Shown here piece by piece: positions 8,310 through 19,070 of a stretch of 33,772 nt of DNA (its first letter is position 1; every line of letters begins with the position of its first letter). The DNA comes from Promethearchaeota archaeon (GTDB lineage Archaea; Asgardarchaeota; Lokiarchaeia; Sigyniarchaeales; SOKP01). The stretch covers positions 38,202 to 71,973 of the forward strand of contig JBHLMP010000014.1 of NCBI GenBank assembly GCA_048938025.1. The letters run 5' to 3'. Made by a program: the position numbers and the translations under genes. Below the pieces are notes generated by a model. That model had not been told where the DNA came from, did not search any database, and saw only the letters and a list, made by a program, of their open reading frames with translations.

Positions 8310-10127
8310 TTACCGTTTTGGTATATAATAGTACTCATTTACCTTTTTCTGATAAACATCTTTATTACTCCCAGTTTTATTAACTCTGGGTCGTTTGGTA
8401 ATTGAGTCTCTCCTGAAAGTAATACCCATCATTTTTAAAAATAAATTAAACCCATCTCTTAAATTTTGAGGTGCAATTGCTATTCCTTCTAATCCAGGTG
8501 TTCCTTCGAAAACTAAGATTGAATCAGCAATAAAATCTTGAGTAATAATATCATGCTCTACTACAAACGCAGCTTTCTTTATCTCTTCAATAGATTTTCT
8601 TAATAACTGTGCTACTTGTAGTCTCATTTCTACATCTAAAAAAGCGGAAGGTTCATCAAATAAATAAATATCTGCTTCATCGGCAAGACAAGTTGCTATT
8701 GCAACTCTTTGTAATTCACCACCACTTAATTCAGAAATAATTCTCTCCCCAATATTTGTTAGATTTAAATTATTAATTATACGTTTTTTAAAGGATTTAC
8801 TCAGATGAGGAGCTAATTTAATTTTTTTTATTAAATCAGCAACTAAAATAGACTCATCCATTATAATATATTGAGGTTTAACAGCCACTTTTAGCTCTTT
8901 ATTTTTATTATTATTATCACTAGTCTCATTATCAGCTTTAATTTTATTAGCAATTAAATTTATAAAAGTTGATTTTCCGATACCATTTGGTCCTAATATC
9001 CCTATAATCTCACCGGCATGTATTTCACTTCCAGAAACAGTTAAATGAAATTCTCCTAAAGATTTTTCTAGATCATCGTACGAAAATACAACATCTCCTG
9101 AATCAAAAAAAGAATTTTGAGGTGGACGTTCATGAAATTGAATAGGTGTTTCTCTTATTCTAAGATTCTCATCTTTAATATATCCATTAAGATATATGTT
9201 TATACCTACTCTCACTCCTTGAGGATGGGAAATTATCCCATATACACTTGGAACCCCATAAAATAAAGAAATATAATCGCTTAAATAATCTAAAATTGCT
9301 AAATCATGTTCAACAACGATGATTGTTTTATTTCTCTCAGTTAGTGATCTGATTAATTTAGCCATATTAATCCTTTCACTGACGTCTAAATAAGAGCTCG
9401 GCTCATCTATAAGATAAATATCTCCATCTTTCAAGTAGCCAGCAGCAATTGCTACTCTTTGTAATTCACCACCGGATAATACTGAAATATCACGATCCAT
9501 AATTTCAGATAAATTTAATTGATCTATTATCTCATCAAGTTTATCTTCTAAATCGTTTTTTATCAATAAATCAAAAACCTTACCCGAAACAAACTTAGGT
9601 ATTATTGTAATATCCTGAGGTTTAAGTACAATTTTAATTTTATTTTTTTTAAGATCAGTGAAATACTGTTGTAATTCAGATCCTTTAAAAAAACTAATTA
9701 TTTCATCATCATCAGGAGCATTCTCTTCAAATCTTCCAAGGTTTAACTTTAAATCCCCAGATAATATCTTTAACATTGTACTTTTCCCAATCCCATTTTC
9801 TCCAATTAAACCTAATACTTTTCCTTTTTTAGGAATAGCCATTCTAAATAGAGAGAATTGATCTGGACCATATCGATAGGTTATTTGATTTTTCAATGGA
9901 TCAGGAAGATTAACAATACTAATTGCGTTAAAAGGACATTTCTTAATACAAATACCACACCCAGTACAAAGGCTTTCTGTAATTATAACTCTTTTACTAT
10001 CTTGACTTAAAACAATCGTTTTTTCTCCTGTTCTTACTCTTGGACAATATTTTATACAAGGTTTTTCTCCAAAAGGACTACATTTGCCTGGTTTACATCG
10101 ATCGGTATTAAGAACAGCAATCCTCAT
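8310..10127 (-). CDS. rli: Ribosome recycling ATPase ABCE1/Rli1
   Basis: N-terminal Fe-S domain (CTGCGICIKKCPF), two ABC NBDs (GENGIGKS, GPNGIGKS, LSGGELQR twice), TFRRD..RPRVNK. Confidence 0.97.
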   Translation of the reverse strand: MRIAVLNTDRCKPGKCSPFGEKPCIKYCPRVRTGEKTIVLSQDSKRVIITESLCTGCGICIKKCPFNAISIVNLPDPLKNQITYRYGPDQFSLFRMAIPKKGKVLGLIGENGIGKSTMLKILSGDLKLNLGRFEENAPDDDEIISFFKGSELQQYFTDLKKNKIKIVLKPQDITIIPKFVSGKVFDLLIKNDLEDKLDEIIDQLNLSEIMDRDISVLSGGELQRVAIAAGYLKDGDIYLIDEPSSYLDVSERINMAKLIRSLTERNKTIIVVEHDLAILDYLSDYISLFYGVPSVYGIISHPQGVRVGINIYLNGYIKDENLRIRETPIQFHERPPQNSFFDSGDVVFSYDDLEKSLGEFHLTVSGSEIHAGEIIGILGPNGIGKSTFINLIANKIKADNETSDNNNKNKELKVAVKPQYIIMDESILVADLIKKIKLAPHLSKSFKKRIINNLNLTNIGERIISELSGGELQRVAIATCLADEADIYLFDEPSAFLDVEMRLQVAQLLRKSIEEIKKAAFVVEHDIITQDFIADSILVFEGTPGLEGIAIAPQNLRDGFNLFLKMMGITFRRDSITKRPRVNKTGSNKDVYQKKVNEYYYIPKR

Positions 10128-10215
10128 AAAGTAATCACTAATATCTAAAATAAAAAATGATAAATAAATGTAATCATTAATTTAATAAAGAATTTCGCTA
10201 TGAAGTGAAAAGGTT

Positions 10216-11928
10216 TTGAGTGAAAGAATTTATATTCATTGGTTAGAAGAAATTATAGATAAAATCATAGTAAGAAATGAATCTTTAATAACATTAGCTA
10301 CTGGAAAAACCCCTTCTGGAAATATACATATTGGAATATTAAGGGAAATTATAATTTGTGATGCTTTAAGAAGAATTCTTGAGAAAAAAGGGAAAATTGT
10401 GAGGTTTTTCTTATTTTTAGATAGTTTGGATGCAGCAAAAAGGTTTCCTGCCTATATAAACTATGAATTTCAAGAGAAACATAAAGGAAAACCTTTTTCT
10501 CTAATTCCTTGCCCATTTAAAGATTGTGGATGTGAAAGTTATGCGCATCATTTTGGTAATGAATTAATTTCTACATTTAACAACTTTGGGATAAAAACAG
10601 AGATAGTCTGGTCTCATAATTTGTATAAAACTAAAGAAATGCAAGAAAAAATTAGAATTTCCTTAGAAAATACAGACAAAATTAAAAATATTTTGAAGAA
10701 ATATATTTTGCCAACTTTAGATGCTGAGAAAAGGGGAACTTTTATTGAAATGCAAAAAAATTGGATGCCGGTTATGGCAATTTGTGAAAATTGTAACAGA
10801 ATCCAACATTTAGAAAAAGATGGTTCTATTAACCCGAATAGAATATTAAAATATTTTAAAAGTGAACAGAAAGTTTCATATATTTGCTCAGCTTGTGGAT
10901 ATGAAAGCAAATTATCAATTTATAGTGGTAGGTTAAAGTTAAATTGGCGTGTAGATTGGCCGGCAAAATGGGCTATCTATAAAACAACATGTGAACCAGC
11001 AGGCAAAGATCATAGTGTAAAAGGAGGTGCCTATGATACGGGTTTAGAATTATGTCAAGAAATATTTAAGTATGTAGGTCCTGTAAAAGTACCATATGAA
11101 TGGTTAAGATTAGGGGAGCAAGACATGAAAACTTCAAAAGGAATAGTTTTTACCCCTAAAAAGTATTTAGAAGTTGCTGATCCTGAGGTATATCGTATGT
11201 TGATCTTAAGAACTAACCCATTGAAACATATATCTCTAAGAATTGAGGAATATCCTCAATATTTTGATTATTATAATAGAATGGAAAATATTTATTTCTC
11301 TTTGGAGGATGCTGAAAACGAGGAGGAAAAAAATTTTTACCAATATTTATATCCTTTAACAAAAACAAACAATATTCCTGAGGTTAAATCTTTTAAAATC
11401 CCGTTGAAGTTATTAATCTTTTTATCACAGCTACAGAACATTTTAAATACAGAGAAATTATATAATAAAGCTAAATCTATTATGGAAAAGGAGGGTTTGA
11501 GAAAAATGATTTCGATTAAGGAATTTGAATTTCTATTGAAAAGAACTGAAAATTGGATTAAAGAAGTAAAAAAAATTATTCAAAATGAAAAAGATCCAAG
11601 AAAACGCAAAGAATTAACAAATAAGATTGATATCTTTGAAATCCCTGAATACGTAGACAACAAAATAATAGAGAAATTAGATAATAAACAACTTCAAGGA
11701 ATAAAATTATTAAGGAAATATCTAGAAGATACTAAAGACTTGAACGAAGATTTAGTGCAAAACAAAATTTTTAGTATAGCAAAGGATAACCTAAATATTC
11801 TTCCAAAAAAGATATTTGAAGCAATATATCAAATTATTTTAGGAAAAAAATTTGGACCTCGATTAGGGCCCTTTTTAACATTACTCGATAAAGATTGGGT
11901 CTTAGAGAGATTAAAAGTCTTATCTTAA
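10216..11928 (+). CDS. lysS: Lysyl-tRNA synthetase, class I
   Basis: TPSGNIHIG, KLNWRVDWPAKW, EPAGKDH, MKTSKG, GPRLG. Confidence 0.96.
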   Translation: MSERIYIHWLEEIIDKIIVRNESLITLATGKTPSGNIHIGILREIIICDALRRILEKKGKIVRFFLFLDSLDAAKRFPAYINYEFQEKHKGKPFSLIPCPFKDCGCESYAHHFGNELISTFNNFGIKTEIVWSHNLYKTKEMQEKIRISLENTDKIKNILKKYILPTLDAEKRGTFIEMQKNWMPVMAICENCNRIQHLEKDGSINPNRILKYFKSEQKVSYICSACGYESKLSIYSGRLKLNWRVDWPAKWAIYKTTCEPAGKDHSVKGGAYDTGLELCQEIFKYVGPVKVPYEWLRLGEQDMKTSKGIVFTPKKYLEVADPEVYRMLILRTNPLKHISLRIEEYPQYFDYYNRMENIYFSLEDAENEEEKNFYQYLYPLTKTNNIPEVKSFKIPLKLLIFLSQLQNILNTEKLYNKAKSIMEKEGLRKMISIKEFEFLLKRTENWIKEVKKIIQNEKDPRKRKELTNKIDIFEIPEYVDNKIIEKLDNKQLQGIKLLRKYLEDTKDLNEDLVQNKIFSIAKDNLNILPKKIFEAIYQIILGKKFGPRLGPFLTLLDKDWVLERLKVLS

Positions 11929-11944
11929 TGAACATTTAATGATT

Positions 11945-12124
11945 TTACACTTTAGGGGTTTTTTTCCTCCAAAATCTTTTCTTCCTTTTCTTATTCTTCA
12001 TCGCTTGATAACATTCAGGACAATAGGAAATACCCTCATCAATCATTTGACCACATTTTTTACAATGTTTATGTGGATCAACATATACTTCAGCTTTTTT
12101 TTTGTATCTATCGAATTTGCTCAT
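11945..12124 (-). CDS. Small Zn-ribbon protein, DUF2116-like (59 aa)
   Basis: Not in the ORF track. Manual translation MSKFDRYKKKAEVYVDPHKHCKKCGQMIDEGISYCPECYQAMKNKKRKKRFWRKKTPKV. Confidence 0.85.
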   Translation of the reverse strand: MSKFDRYKKKAEVYVDPHKHCKKCGQMIDEGISYCPECYQAMKNKKRKKRFWRKKTPKV

Positions 12125-12169
12125 AATAAGTCTGCAGTATTTATCTATATATAATTTATTTTTAATAGA

Positions 12170-13426
12170 TTATAATCTTTTCACACCATCTCTATCAATT
12201 ATGATTTTATAGAACTTCGCATTTTTAAGCTTAAATCTAATATTAGATGGGAAACTTGGAAAGATAGAAGAAAAACTATCATTATTTTCAATGATTTCAC
12301 ATAATTTTTTTTCCCAATACTTTAAAACTTCTTGCTTTTTATCAGGATTAACTAAGGCAAAAACTGAGCCGCCACCCCCTGCTCCAGTTAATTTAGCAGC
12401 ATATACTTCTGGGTGTTCTTCAATAACTCTTATTAAAATATTATTTGCTAATCCAATCCCATATTCAAATCCCGCATCTTTCATTATTTTATTCATTATT
12501 TCAGTATTTTCTTTGAAATATTTCCCTAATAATTTCCAATCTTGTTTCATTATAGCAAATCGCGATTTCCAAGATATTTCCGCTAATTTAAAATATCCAT
12601 TTATGATTCTAGGATCTTTTTTTAGATAAAGTTTCCTTAATCTTGCATGGACATCGCCGCTTTTGTGAAATACACCAGAGAAGCAAACAATTATGGGAAA
12701 GTCATTTATCTTATATACCTTATCGATTCTATCATAGACTGCTAAAGGTTCCATTGAAAGTTTTTTATGATTTAACTTACCATAATAGGAACAAAAACAT
12801 AAACCTCCCCTGCTTATTACATATCTATCAGAATAGCCAGCTGTGATCTGCAAATCTTCATCTTCTATTTTTGTAGCCATTTCAGCAATCGTATCTTTAT
12901 TGATAGGAAATTCATTCTCTCTTAACTTTGTTAAATTATTATATAAATTGAAATATTTAGCGAGGCCATAGATTGTTGCTATTATTATTGCAGTACTCCC
13001 TCCCAATCCACTTTTTTTAGGTATAGTTGTAAAAAAACCAATTTCAATATTGGAATTTAAAAACCTTCGGGTAAAACATGAATTCATTTCAAGAAATCTA
13101 TTAATACTTGCATATATTAATTTAAGTTCTCCAGAGCTCTTTTTTTTAAAATCATTCATAGAAAGGATTTCTTCTTTTATTATCTCAAAATCATAATTTT
13201 GATGTTTTTTTCTTATATTAAACAATTTCACTCTACTTTCATTGTTAATTTTCTTGATATAAAGAAAAGCAGATAAAGGATCGATTTCTCCATTAATTGC
13301 GACAGAAGGCATCCAGAAATCACCCTCTACAGCATCTAAGGGATTAATTAAATTAATTCTGGATGGCGCTTGAACTATAATATCTGGATTTAAACTAGTT
13401 AAAAATGCTCTAATAGATTCTAGCAA
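12170..13426 (-). CDS. GHMP kinase family protein, substrate unknown
   Basis: APSRINL, IPKKSGLGGS, AKLTGAGGGG. Confidence 0.88.
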   Translation of the reverse strand: MLESIRAFLTSLNPDIIVQAPSRINLINPLDAVEGDFWMPSVAINGEIDPLSAFLYIKKINNESRVKLFNIRKKHQNYDFEIIKEEILSMNDFKKKSSGELKLIYASINRFLEMNSCFTRRFLNSNIEIGFFTTIPKKSGLGGSTAIIIATIYGLAKYFNLYNNLTKLRENEFPINKDTIAEMATKIEDEDLQITAGYSDRYVISRGGLCFCSYYGKLNHKKLSMEPLAVYDRIDKVYKINDFPIIVCFSGVFHKSGDVHARLRKLYLKKDPRIINGYFKLAEISWKSRFAIMKQDWKLLGKYFKENTEIMNKIMKDAGFEYGIGLANNILIRVIEEHPEVYAAKLTGAGGGGSVFALVNPDKKQEVLKYWEKKLCEIIENNDSFSSIFPSFPSNIRFKLKNAKFYKIIIDRDGVKRL

Positions 13427-13529
13427 TTTTATAACCCTAAATAGATTATAATTTAAATTATAGTAAAAATGATATTGATTTTAACAAAATGTCTATGTTT
13501 ATATAATTTATGCTAAAATAATTTACGAA

Positions 13530-14663
13530 ATGGGTAAAAAAGGTAAGTATAAATTATTATCATATTTAGTTGATGAACGTTTAATTTTTTATAAGAATTT
13601 AATCAATCCGAAAAAATATATAGCGTTTAGTTTCCTTGAAGTAAAAAAATTTTATCCATTAATCTCAATTTTGAATAAATTTCTAATTAAGAAGTATATA
13701 AAATATTTCTCAATACAATTGAATACAAAAGATAAAAATAAAAAGATAGTGCTAATAAATTTTGAGGACATTGAAAAAGATAGGATTACAGAATCGTTTA
13801 ATATTGTTTATGAAACATTAAATAAGGATGGGATTTTAATTAAATTTTTTAGAAATAATGAGTTAGAAAAAGAATTTTTAGCTATAATTCTAAATGGGTT
13901 TGAATCTAATATACATATATCGAAAAATTCAGAGTCGATTCTAATCAACGAAAATAAGAATCTTAGAAGATTGAATTTCTATAGAATAAATTTGGAAAGA
14001 ATTGACGAGAAAACTTCTTTTATCTATTGTTTTTTAAATATAATTAACAATTATAATCGAAATGGTTTTTTGATTTTTCATATAAAACTAGATTTTAGTG
14101 ATAATATAAAAATTCTGTCCTATTTTGTAGAAAAAAGTAAACTAATTGAAGATGTAAATAGCATTGAAAAAAATGTAAATCTTTTTTTTAATTTACCCTT
14201 ATTGGAAAAGTTAAAAATAAAAATAAAAGATCTCTTCAAATTATTATGGAGATTGGGAATCTCTGATAATTTTTACTTATTTGAAGATTTAAAAGATCTA
14301 TTTTTGTCTGAAGATCAAAACACCCTTTCAGAACTTATGTCATTTAATCGCAAATTTGAACTAAACTTATTAAATAATCAAATTGAATTTAAAAGATTAA
14401 ATAAATCATTAATATTTATCGAACAATGGTGTATATTTTTAGTATTAACTCTACTGGATTCTAATTTAATAAGGAAAATAATTGAACACTATCATTCTAA
14501 ATACTTTATCTACATTTTAATATTAAATGAGAAAGAGTATGATAAATTATTAGAAATTAAAGAGATTAAACTATTAAAGAACATTAAGATAATGCATCCC
14601 GATGAATTCTCAACCTTTAATTTTAAAACACTTAAAAATAGTTCTTATCTAAAAAATTCCTAA
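13530..14663 (+). CDS. Hypothetical protein
   Basis: 377-aa ORF, no motif recognised; 3' end overlaps the rpl23 3' end by 15 nt. Confidence 0.75.
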   Translation: MGKKGKYKLLSYLVDERLIFYKNLINPKKYIAFSFLEVKKFYPLISILNKFLIKKYIKYFSIQLNTKDKNKKIVLINFEDIEKDRITESFNIVYETLNKDGILIKFFRNNELEKEFLAIILNGFESNIHISKNSESILINENKNLRRLNFYRINLERIDEKTSFIYCFLNIINNYNRNGFLIFHIKLDFSDNIKILSYFVEKSKLIEDVNSIEKNVNLFFNLPLLEKLKIKIKDLFKLLWRLGISDNFYLFEDLKDLFLSEDQNTLSELMSFNRKFELNLLNNQIEFKRLNKSLIFIEQWCIFLVLTLLDSNLIRKIIEHYHSKYFIYILILNEKEYDKLLEIKEIKLLKNIKIMHPDEFSTFNFKTLKNSSYLKNS

Positions 14664-14912
14664 GTCAATTGCTATATCTTGAGCAGAGTTATCAGAATGA
14701 AGTTTAATAAACGCTTTTTTTTCTCCTTGAGTAGTGATCATTGTATTAACTTTAATTACCTTTACATTATGAATTTTTTCAAAAGCTTTTTTTATCTGGT
14801 TTTTATTTGATAATCGGTCAACAATAAAAACTAACTTATTTTCTCTTTCAATTAAATCAAATGTTTTTTCTGTAATTAAAGGTCTTTTAATAATTTTATA
14901 AAATCGCTCCAT
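14649..14912 (-). CDS. rpl23: 50S ribosomal protein uL23
   Basis: RPLITEK..ENKLVFIVD..KVNT..GEKKAFIKL. Confidence 0.96.
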   Translation of the reverse strand: MERFYKIIKRPLITEKTFDLIERENKLVFIVDRLSNKNQIKKAFEKIHNVKVIKVNTMITTQGEKKAFIKLHSDNSAQDIAIDLGIF

Positions 14913-14913
14913 A

Positions 14914-15702
14914 CTAAATTAACACCTCAAAGTGATTCAATTCAGAAAAAGCAGACTGAGTCCATAATAATAATCGCCCTGATGAACCTCCAGGTGCTAG
15001 ATCATCGATTGATATGTTTTCAATTTTTATTATCTCTATCCCGGGAATATTTTTTGAAGCTTTTATTATTCCAAAGTCATCTTTAATGACGAATAATATT
15101 CCTTTTTTCTTTTTGTACTTGCGTCCTCTTCTTTTTCCTTTTCCGGCTCGAATTTTTTTACTATTTTTGTTCTTAACTAGTTCTTCTTCTAATCCTAAAC
15201 TACATAAAATTGAGTAAACTTTGGCTGTTTTTTTAATTGATTGTATTTTATCATCAATAACCAATGGAATTTCAGGGACATTATCTATTATATGGCCTCT
15301 TTGTTTAACCCATGATTTATATCCAGACGCAGAAATAGCAGATATTATAGATAATTTATTTGTTTTTTTGTTTATCTTTTTTTTAAGCGTTTTTTCGGTT
15401 TTAATTGGATGTGTACGTCTGCCACCTACAGCAAATGGAACTCTTCCCACATGTCTAGCAGTAGTAAACCCAGATCCTTTTATTCTTGGAGCTCTAGATA
15501 ACGCATGCCCAGTCCCCCAACTTTCTGCAGTATTTTTTAACCCTGCTTTTTTATTTCTTCCTTGAATTTGTTTTTTTCTACTTTGAGAAATTTCAATTGC
15601 TTTTTGAACAATATCTTTTCTCGGTTTAATGTTAAATATTTGTGGTTTATCAACCAGTCCTTTTTTTTTCCCATCTAAATTGTATATATTAATCTTGTCC
15701 AT
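14914..15702 (-). CDS. rpl4: 50S ribosomal protein uL4
   Basis: AESWGTG..RAPR, GGRRTHP, RAGKGKRRGRKY, LAPGG..GRL. Confidence 0.96.
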   Translation of the reverse strand: MDKINIYNLDGKKKGLVDKPQIFNIKPRKDIVQKAIEISQSRKKQIQGRNKKAGLKNTAESWGTGHALSRAPRIKGSGFTTARHVGRVPFAVGGRRTHPIKTEKTLKKKINKKTNKLSIISAISASGYKSWVKQRGHIIDNVPEIPLVIDDKIQSIKKTAKVYSILCSLGLEEELVKNKNSKKIRAGKGKRRGRKYKKKKGILFVIKDDFGIIKASKNIPGIEIIKIENISIDDLAPGGSSGRLLLWTQSAFSELNHFEVLI

Positions 15703-15724
15703 AAAATCACATTATATTTAGATT

Positions 15725-16744
15725 TTACTTCCTTTGGTGACTTTCTCGGTTAATAAAAGTAATTTCGGGAGGTTGAAGGATGAATGATCTTAATGGTCTG
15801 ATAGTTTTTCTTATTCTAATTAACCTTTTCTTTGGTCCAGGAATGGATCCTAACATTAACAAATAATCTCCTTGTATCTTCCCATATCGGATAAACCCTC
15901 CCTTTGGGTTAATTTCCTCCTCATTTTCACCTATCAGCATAATTCTTTTATGATATTCAGTCCTCTGATGAAATCCTAATTGCCCAGCACGAGGTACAGT
16001 ATAAAGTACTCTACTTGGGTGCCAAGGACCGATACAAGCTACAGCTCTTCTTACTTTACTATTTTTCCTTGTTAAAATTTTAACTCCAAATCTCTTTACA
16101 GGACCCTGAAAACCTTTTCCTTTAGTTACACTAATTACATCAACTAATTCTCCCTCTTCCAAAACTTTTCGAGCTCTAATTTCTTTACCTAGAAATCCTA
16201 AAGCGAAATTAAACTCTTCTTTTGGTTTTTTTAGTGAATTTACTTTGATTTCAATAATATCGGGTTTCTTCCTTGGTAAAGACGTTTTATAAGGTTGTGT
16301 TTGAAAAATACCGCTGATTTCACTAGTTTCATTTAAGTTTGCTAATATTTCTTTTTTAATATTCTTCAAATTATATCCTTCAGAGTTTGGGATATTAATT
16401 TTTCTCGTTAAGAAATTATTAAAGTCATTAGTGAATATTTCACCAATAATGTATTTTCCATATTCATCTTTATTATATATTCTAATCCCTATAAGGATTA
16501 GAGGTGGAACCTCTATGATTGTTACAGGTTTCATTAATTCCTTTCCATAGTAAGGACTATTTCTTTGATCTTCAATATATGTTATATGACTCATTCCTGC
16601 TTTAAAACCAGCAAATCCAAGAAAATTAATATTTTCTGAATTATCTAACCAATGTCTTACCCTACCCTTTATTTGTAAAGCTCTTTTTCTAGGAAGGTAT
16701 GCTAATGACCCATGTCTGGGGGCGTGCTTTTTACGATGACCCAT
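15725..16744 (-). CDS. rpl3: 50S ribosomal protein uL3
   Basis: PRHGSLAYLPRKR, FKAGM, TKGKGFQGPVKRFG, GPWHP, GQLGFHQRTE; SD GGTGA upstream. Confidence 0.97.
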   Translation of the reverse strand: MGHRKKHAPRHGSLAYLPRKRALQIKGRVRHWLDNSENINFLGFAGFKAGMSHITYIEDQRNSPYYGKELMKPVTIIEVPPLILIGIRIYNKDEYGKYIIGEIFTNDFNNFLTRKINIPNSEGYNLKNIKKEILANLNETSEISGIFQTQPYKTSLPRKKPDIIEIKVNSLKKPKEEFNFALGFLGKEIRARKVLEEGELVDVISVTKGKGFQGPVKRFGVKILTRKNSKVRRAVACIGPWHPSRVLYTVPRAGQLGFHQRTEYHKRIMLIGENEEEINPKGGFIRYGKIQGDYLLMLGSIPGPKKRLIRIRKTIRPLRSFILQPPEITFINRESHQRK

Positions 16745-16876
16745 AAATAATCACCAAACTTTTGGATATGAATTTTTTAAATTAAATAAATTTTGTCATT
16801 TAAGAACTACTCAAGAAACTTCTGTGAACAACTAAAATAGTGTCATTTAAATTTTTTCATTTTAAAAGAATTTTAA

Positions 16877-19054
16877 ATGGTAATAGATCTAAAGAAAAGA
16901 GTTATTTTTCAAGAAAAAGAAAATTTAGCAGGCAAAAAAGAGAATTTCTTAATTATTGATTGTAAAAAATGTTCTGAAAAAGAAAAGAAGTTCTATAAGA
17001 ATAAAACATGTATTTATTGTTTATTACTTAATCTTTTTGTCAATAAAAATAACAAGTTTAATCATATTTTAATTTCGAAAAATCAAATCTTAATTGAACC
17101 TGAACAATATGATTTAATTCTGGAATACTTCAAAAAATTAAATAAGATTAAAAGGATGAATCAAAAAATTGAAAATATTAGGATAAAGAGATGTGTTTAT
17201 CAAGAATTTAAATGTAAAACTTTTCCAGAATATTTTTCATTCGTTAAAATACATGATTTCGAGTTCTATGACCCTGTTCTAGTATATAATCTCCACTTGA
17301 AAAGAATTTCTTTTTTAGAAGAAAATAAAATTTATAATAATTTTTGCTTAAATTGTGTTAATTCTTTAAAAAGCTTAGAAAAATCTATTGCTGAAATCTT
17401 CAATCACTTAAAAATTATTAAATTGCTCGATATGTTTAAATACGATAGATCTCAAGACAGTTTCAATTTTTATAAAAATTTATTTTCTAAATCCTTCCAA
17501 CTGCATACAAAAGATCAAGAATCTAGGCGCCCCACTCTGTTAAAACAGGAGGAATTAATTAAAACTTATATGATTGGAAAAAATAATCTTTATCAGGTTT
17601 ACATTACTAATATTTCATTTGAGGCTGAAAATAAATATTTAGTCCATTATAATTACCATTCAATATCAGAAGAGGATTATATTAAAAAAATTATTCAAGA
17701 TATATCAAATAGCTTAAATATAGTTGACTTTGATCAAATTATCCCTTTAGAAAATTTAATAAATATATATAAACAAGAATTTTTAAAAATTCTTAATGAA
17801 AAGTATCGATTTTCTAAAGTTGATAATAATAAGATTGCCTTTATTTCAGCTCTAAAACGATTAAATTTAGAAAAAATCTTTCCTTTATTAATAGATGATT
17901 TTATTGAAGAAATATTCTTAGATTCTCCTCACGATGAAATTTATATTAATCATCAAAAATATGGGCGATGTCGAACAAATATAAAATTTAATATAAGAGA
18001 GATAGAAAGGATAAAAACATTATTAAGGCTGTATAGTGGTCAAAGACTGGACTTTATGAAACCTAGTATAAAACTTGTTTTAAAAAACAAATTTTTTTAT
18101 TGTAGATTTGCGTTAGATATTGAACCTATTCAATTGAATAACTTTGCGTTAGATATAAGAAAATTAAATAAAAATATTCTTAACATTCAAGATTTATTAA
18201 AAAATGGAACTCTAAACCCATTAATGGCTACTTTCTTATATTTTAATATTTTGCGAAGAAGAAACATAACTGTTACCGGCGAAACTGATACTGGAAAAAC
18301 AACATTGATTAATGCATTAGATTTGTTAACTCCTAAAGAATTTAGAAAGATATATGTTGAAAATATAGTGGAATCTTTAAATCAATTTAATTTCGGGAAA
18401 CATCAATTAAAATATAAGGTTGAATCTTATGATTCTTCATCAAAAGGAAAATATTCTAAAAGTAGTCAGATAAAAACACTCTTACACCGAACACCAGATA
18501 TTATATACTTAGGTGAAATATTGACTAAAGAAGAGGCAGAGGCAATGTTTCATTGTCTTGCTGCTGGATTAAGGGGTTTTCAGACAATCCATTCTAATAA
18601 TATAGATTCTTTAATTAACCGATTTATACATCATTTTAAAATTAATAAATCATGTTTAAATGATTTAGACCTTATTATTTTAATGAAAAGAGATGGCAAT
18701 CAAAGAAAAATTATCTCGATTTCTGAAATTGGCAATAACCTAAAGATAGAAAAGCTATACAACAATATATTCCAATATATTCCGGAATCAAAAAAATGGA
18801 ATTTGTTAAATCCTCTTTTTGAAACCAAAATAGTTAATGAATTGAGAAGATATGAGGATTTAAGTAGAGAAAATTTCTCATTTATACTCAAAATATATAA
18901 TGATATTTTCACATTTATCTCTAAAGTTAATAAGGTTGATAATTATAAATTAATCAACTTCTTCCATAGAATCTCCTATAATTCATTTCAATCATATGAC
19001 GTACTTGAGAATTTTTGGAATAACTGGAAAAAGAAACGAGGTTTAAATTTATAA
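16877..19054 (+). CDS. Type II/IV secretion (VirB11/TadA/ArlI-like) pilus ATPase with Cys-rich N-terminal extension
   Basis: PLLIDDFIEEIF, Walker A GETDTGKT, VENIVE Asp box, LHRTPDIIYLGEI, FQTIHS. Confidence 0.88.
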   Translation: MVIDLKKRVIFQEKENLAGKKENFLIIDCKKCSEKEKKFYKNKTCIYCLLLNLFVNKNNKFNHILISKNQILIEPEQYDLILEYFKKLNKIKRMNQKIENIRIKRCVYQEFKCKTFPEYFSFVKIHDFEFYDPVLVYNLHLKRISFLEENKIYNNFCLNCVNSLKSLEKSIAEIFNHLKIIKLLDMFKYDRSQDSFNFYKNLFSKSFQLHTKDQESRRPTLLKQEELIKTYMIGKNNLYQVYITNISFEAENKYLVHYNYHSISEEDYIKKIIQDISNSLNIVDFDQIIPLENLINIYKQEFLKILNEKYRFSKVDNNKIAFISALKRLNLEKIFPLLIDDFIEEIFLDSPHDEIYINHQKYGRCRTNIKFNIREIERIKTLLRLYSGQRLDFMKPSIKLVLKNKFFYCRFALDIEPIQLNNFALDIRKLNKNILNIQDLLKNGTLNPLMATFLYFNILRRRNITVTGETDTGKTTLINALDLLTPKEFRKIYVENIVESLNQFNFGKHQLKYKVESYDSSSKGKYSKSSQIKTLLHRTPDIIYLGEILTKEEAEAMFHCLAAGLRGFQTIHSNNIDSLINRFIHHFKINKSCLNDLDLIILMKRDGNQRKIISISEIGNNLKIEKLYNNIFQYIPESKKWNLLNPLFETKIVNELRRYEDLSRENFSFILKIYNDIFTFISKVNKVDNYKLINFFHRISYNSFQSYDVLENFWNNWKKKRGLNL

Positions 19055-19070
19055 ATTTAAAATTAATTAT

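Noticed and set aside
11939-12154. 71-aa ORF on + strand
   Set aside because: Shadow of the minus-strand Zn-ribbon gene at 11945-12124
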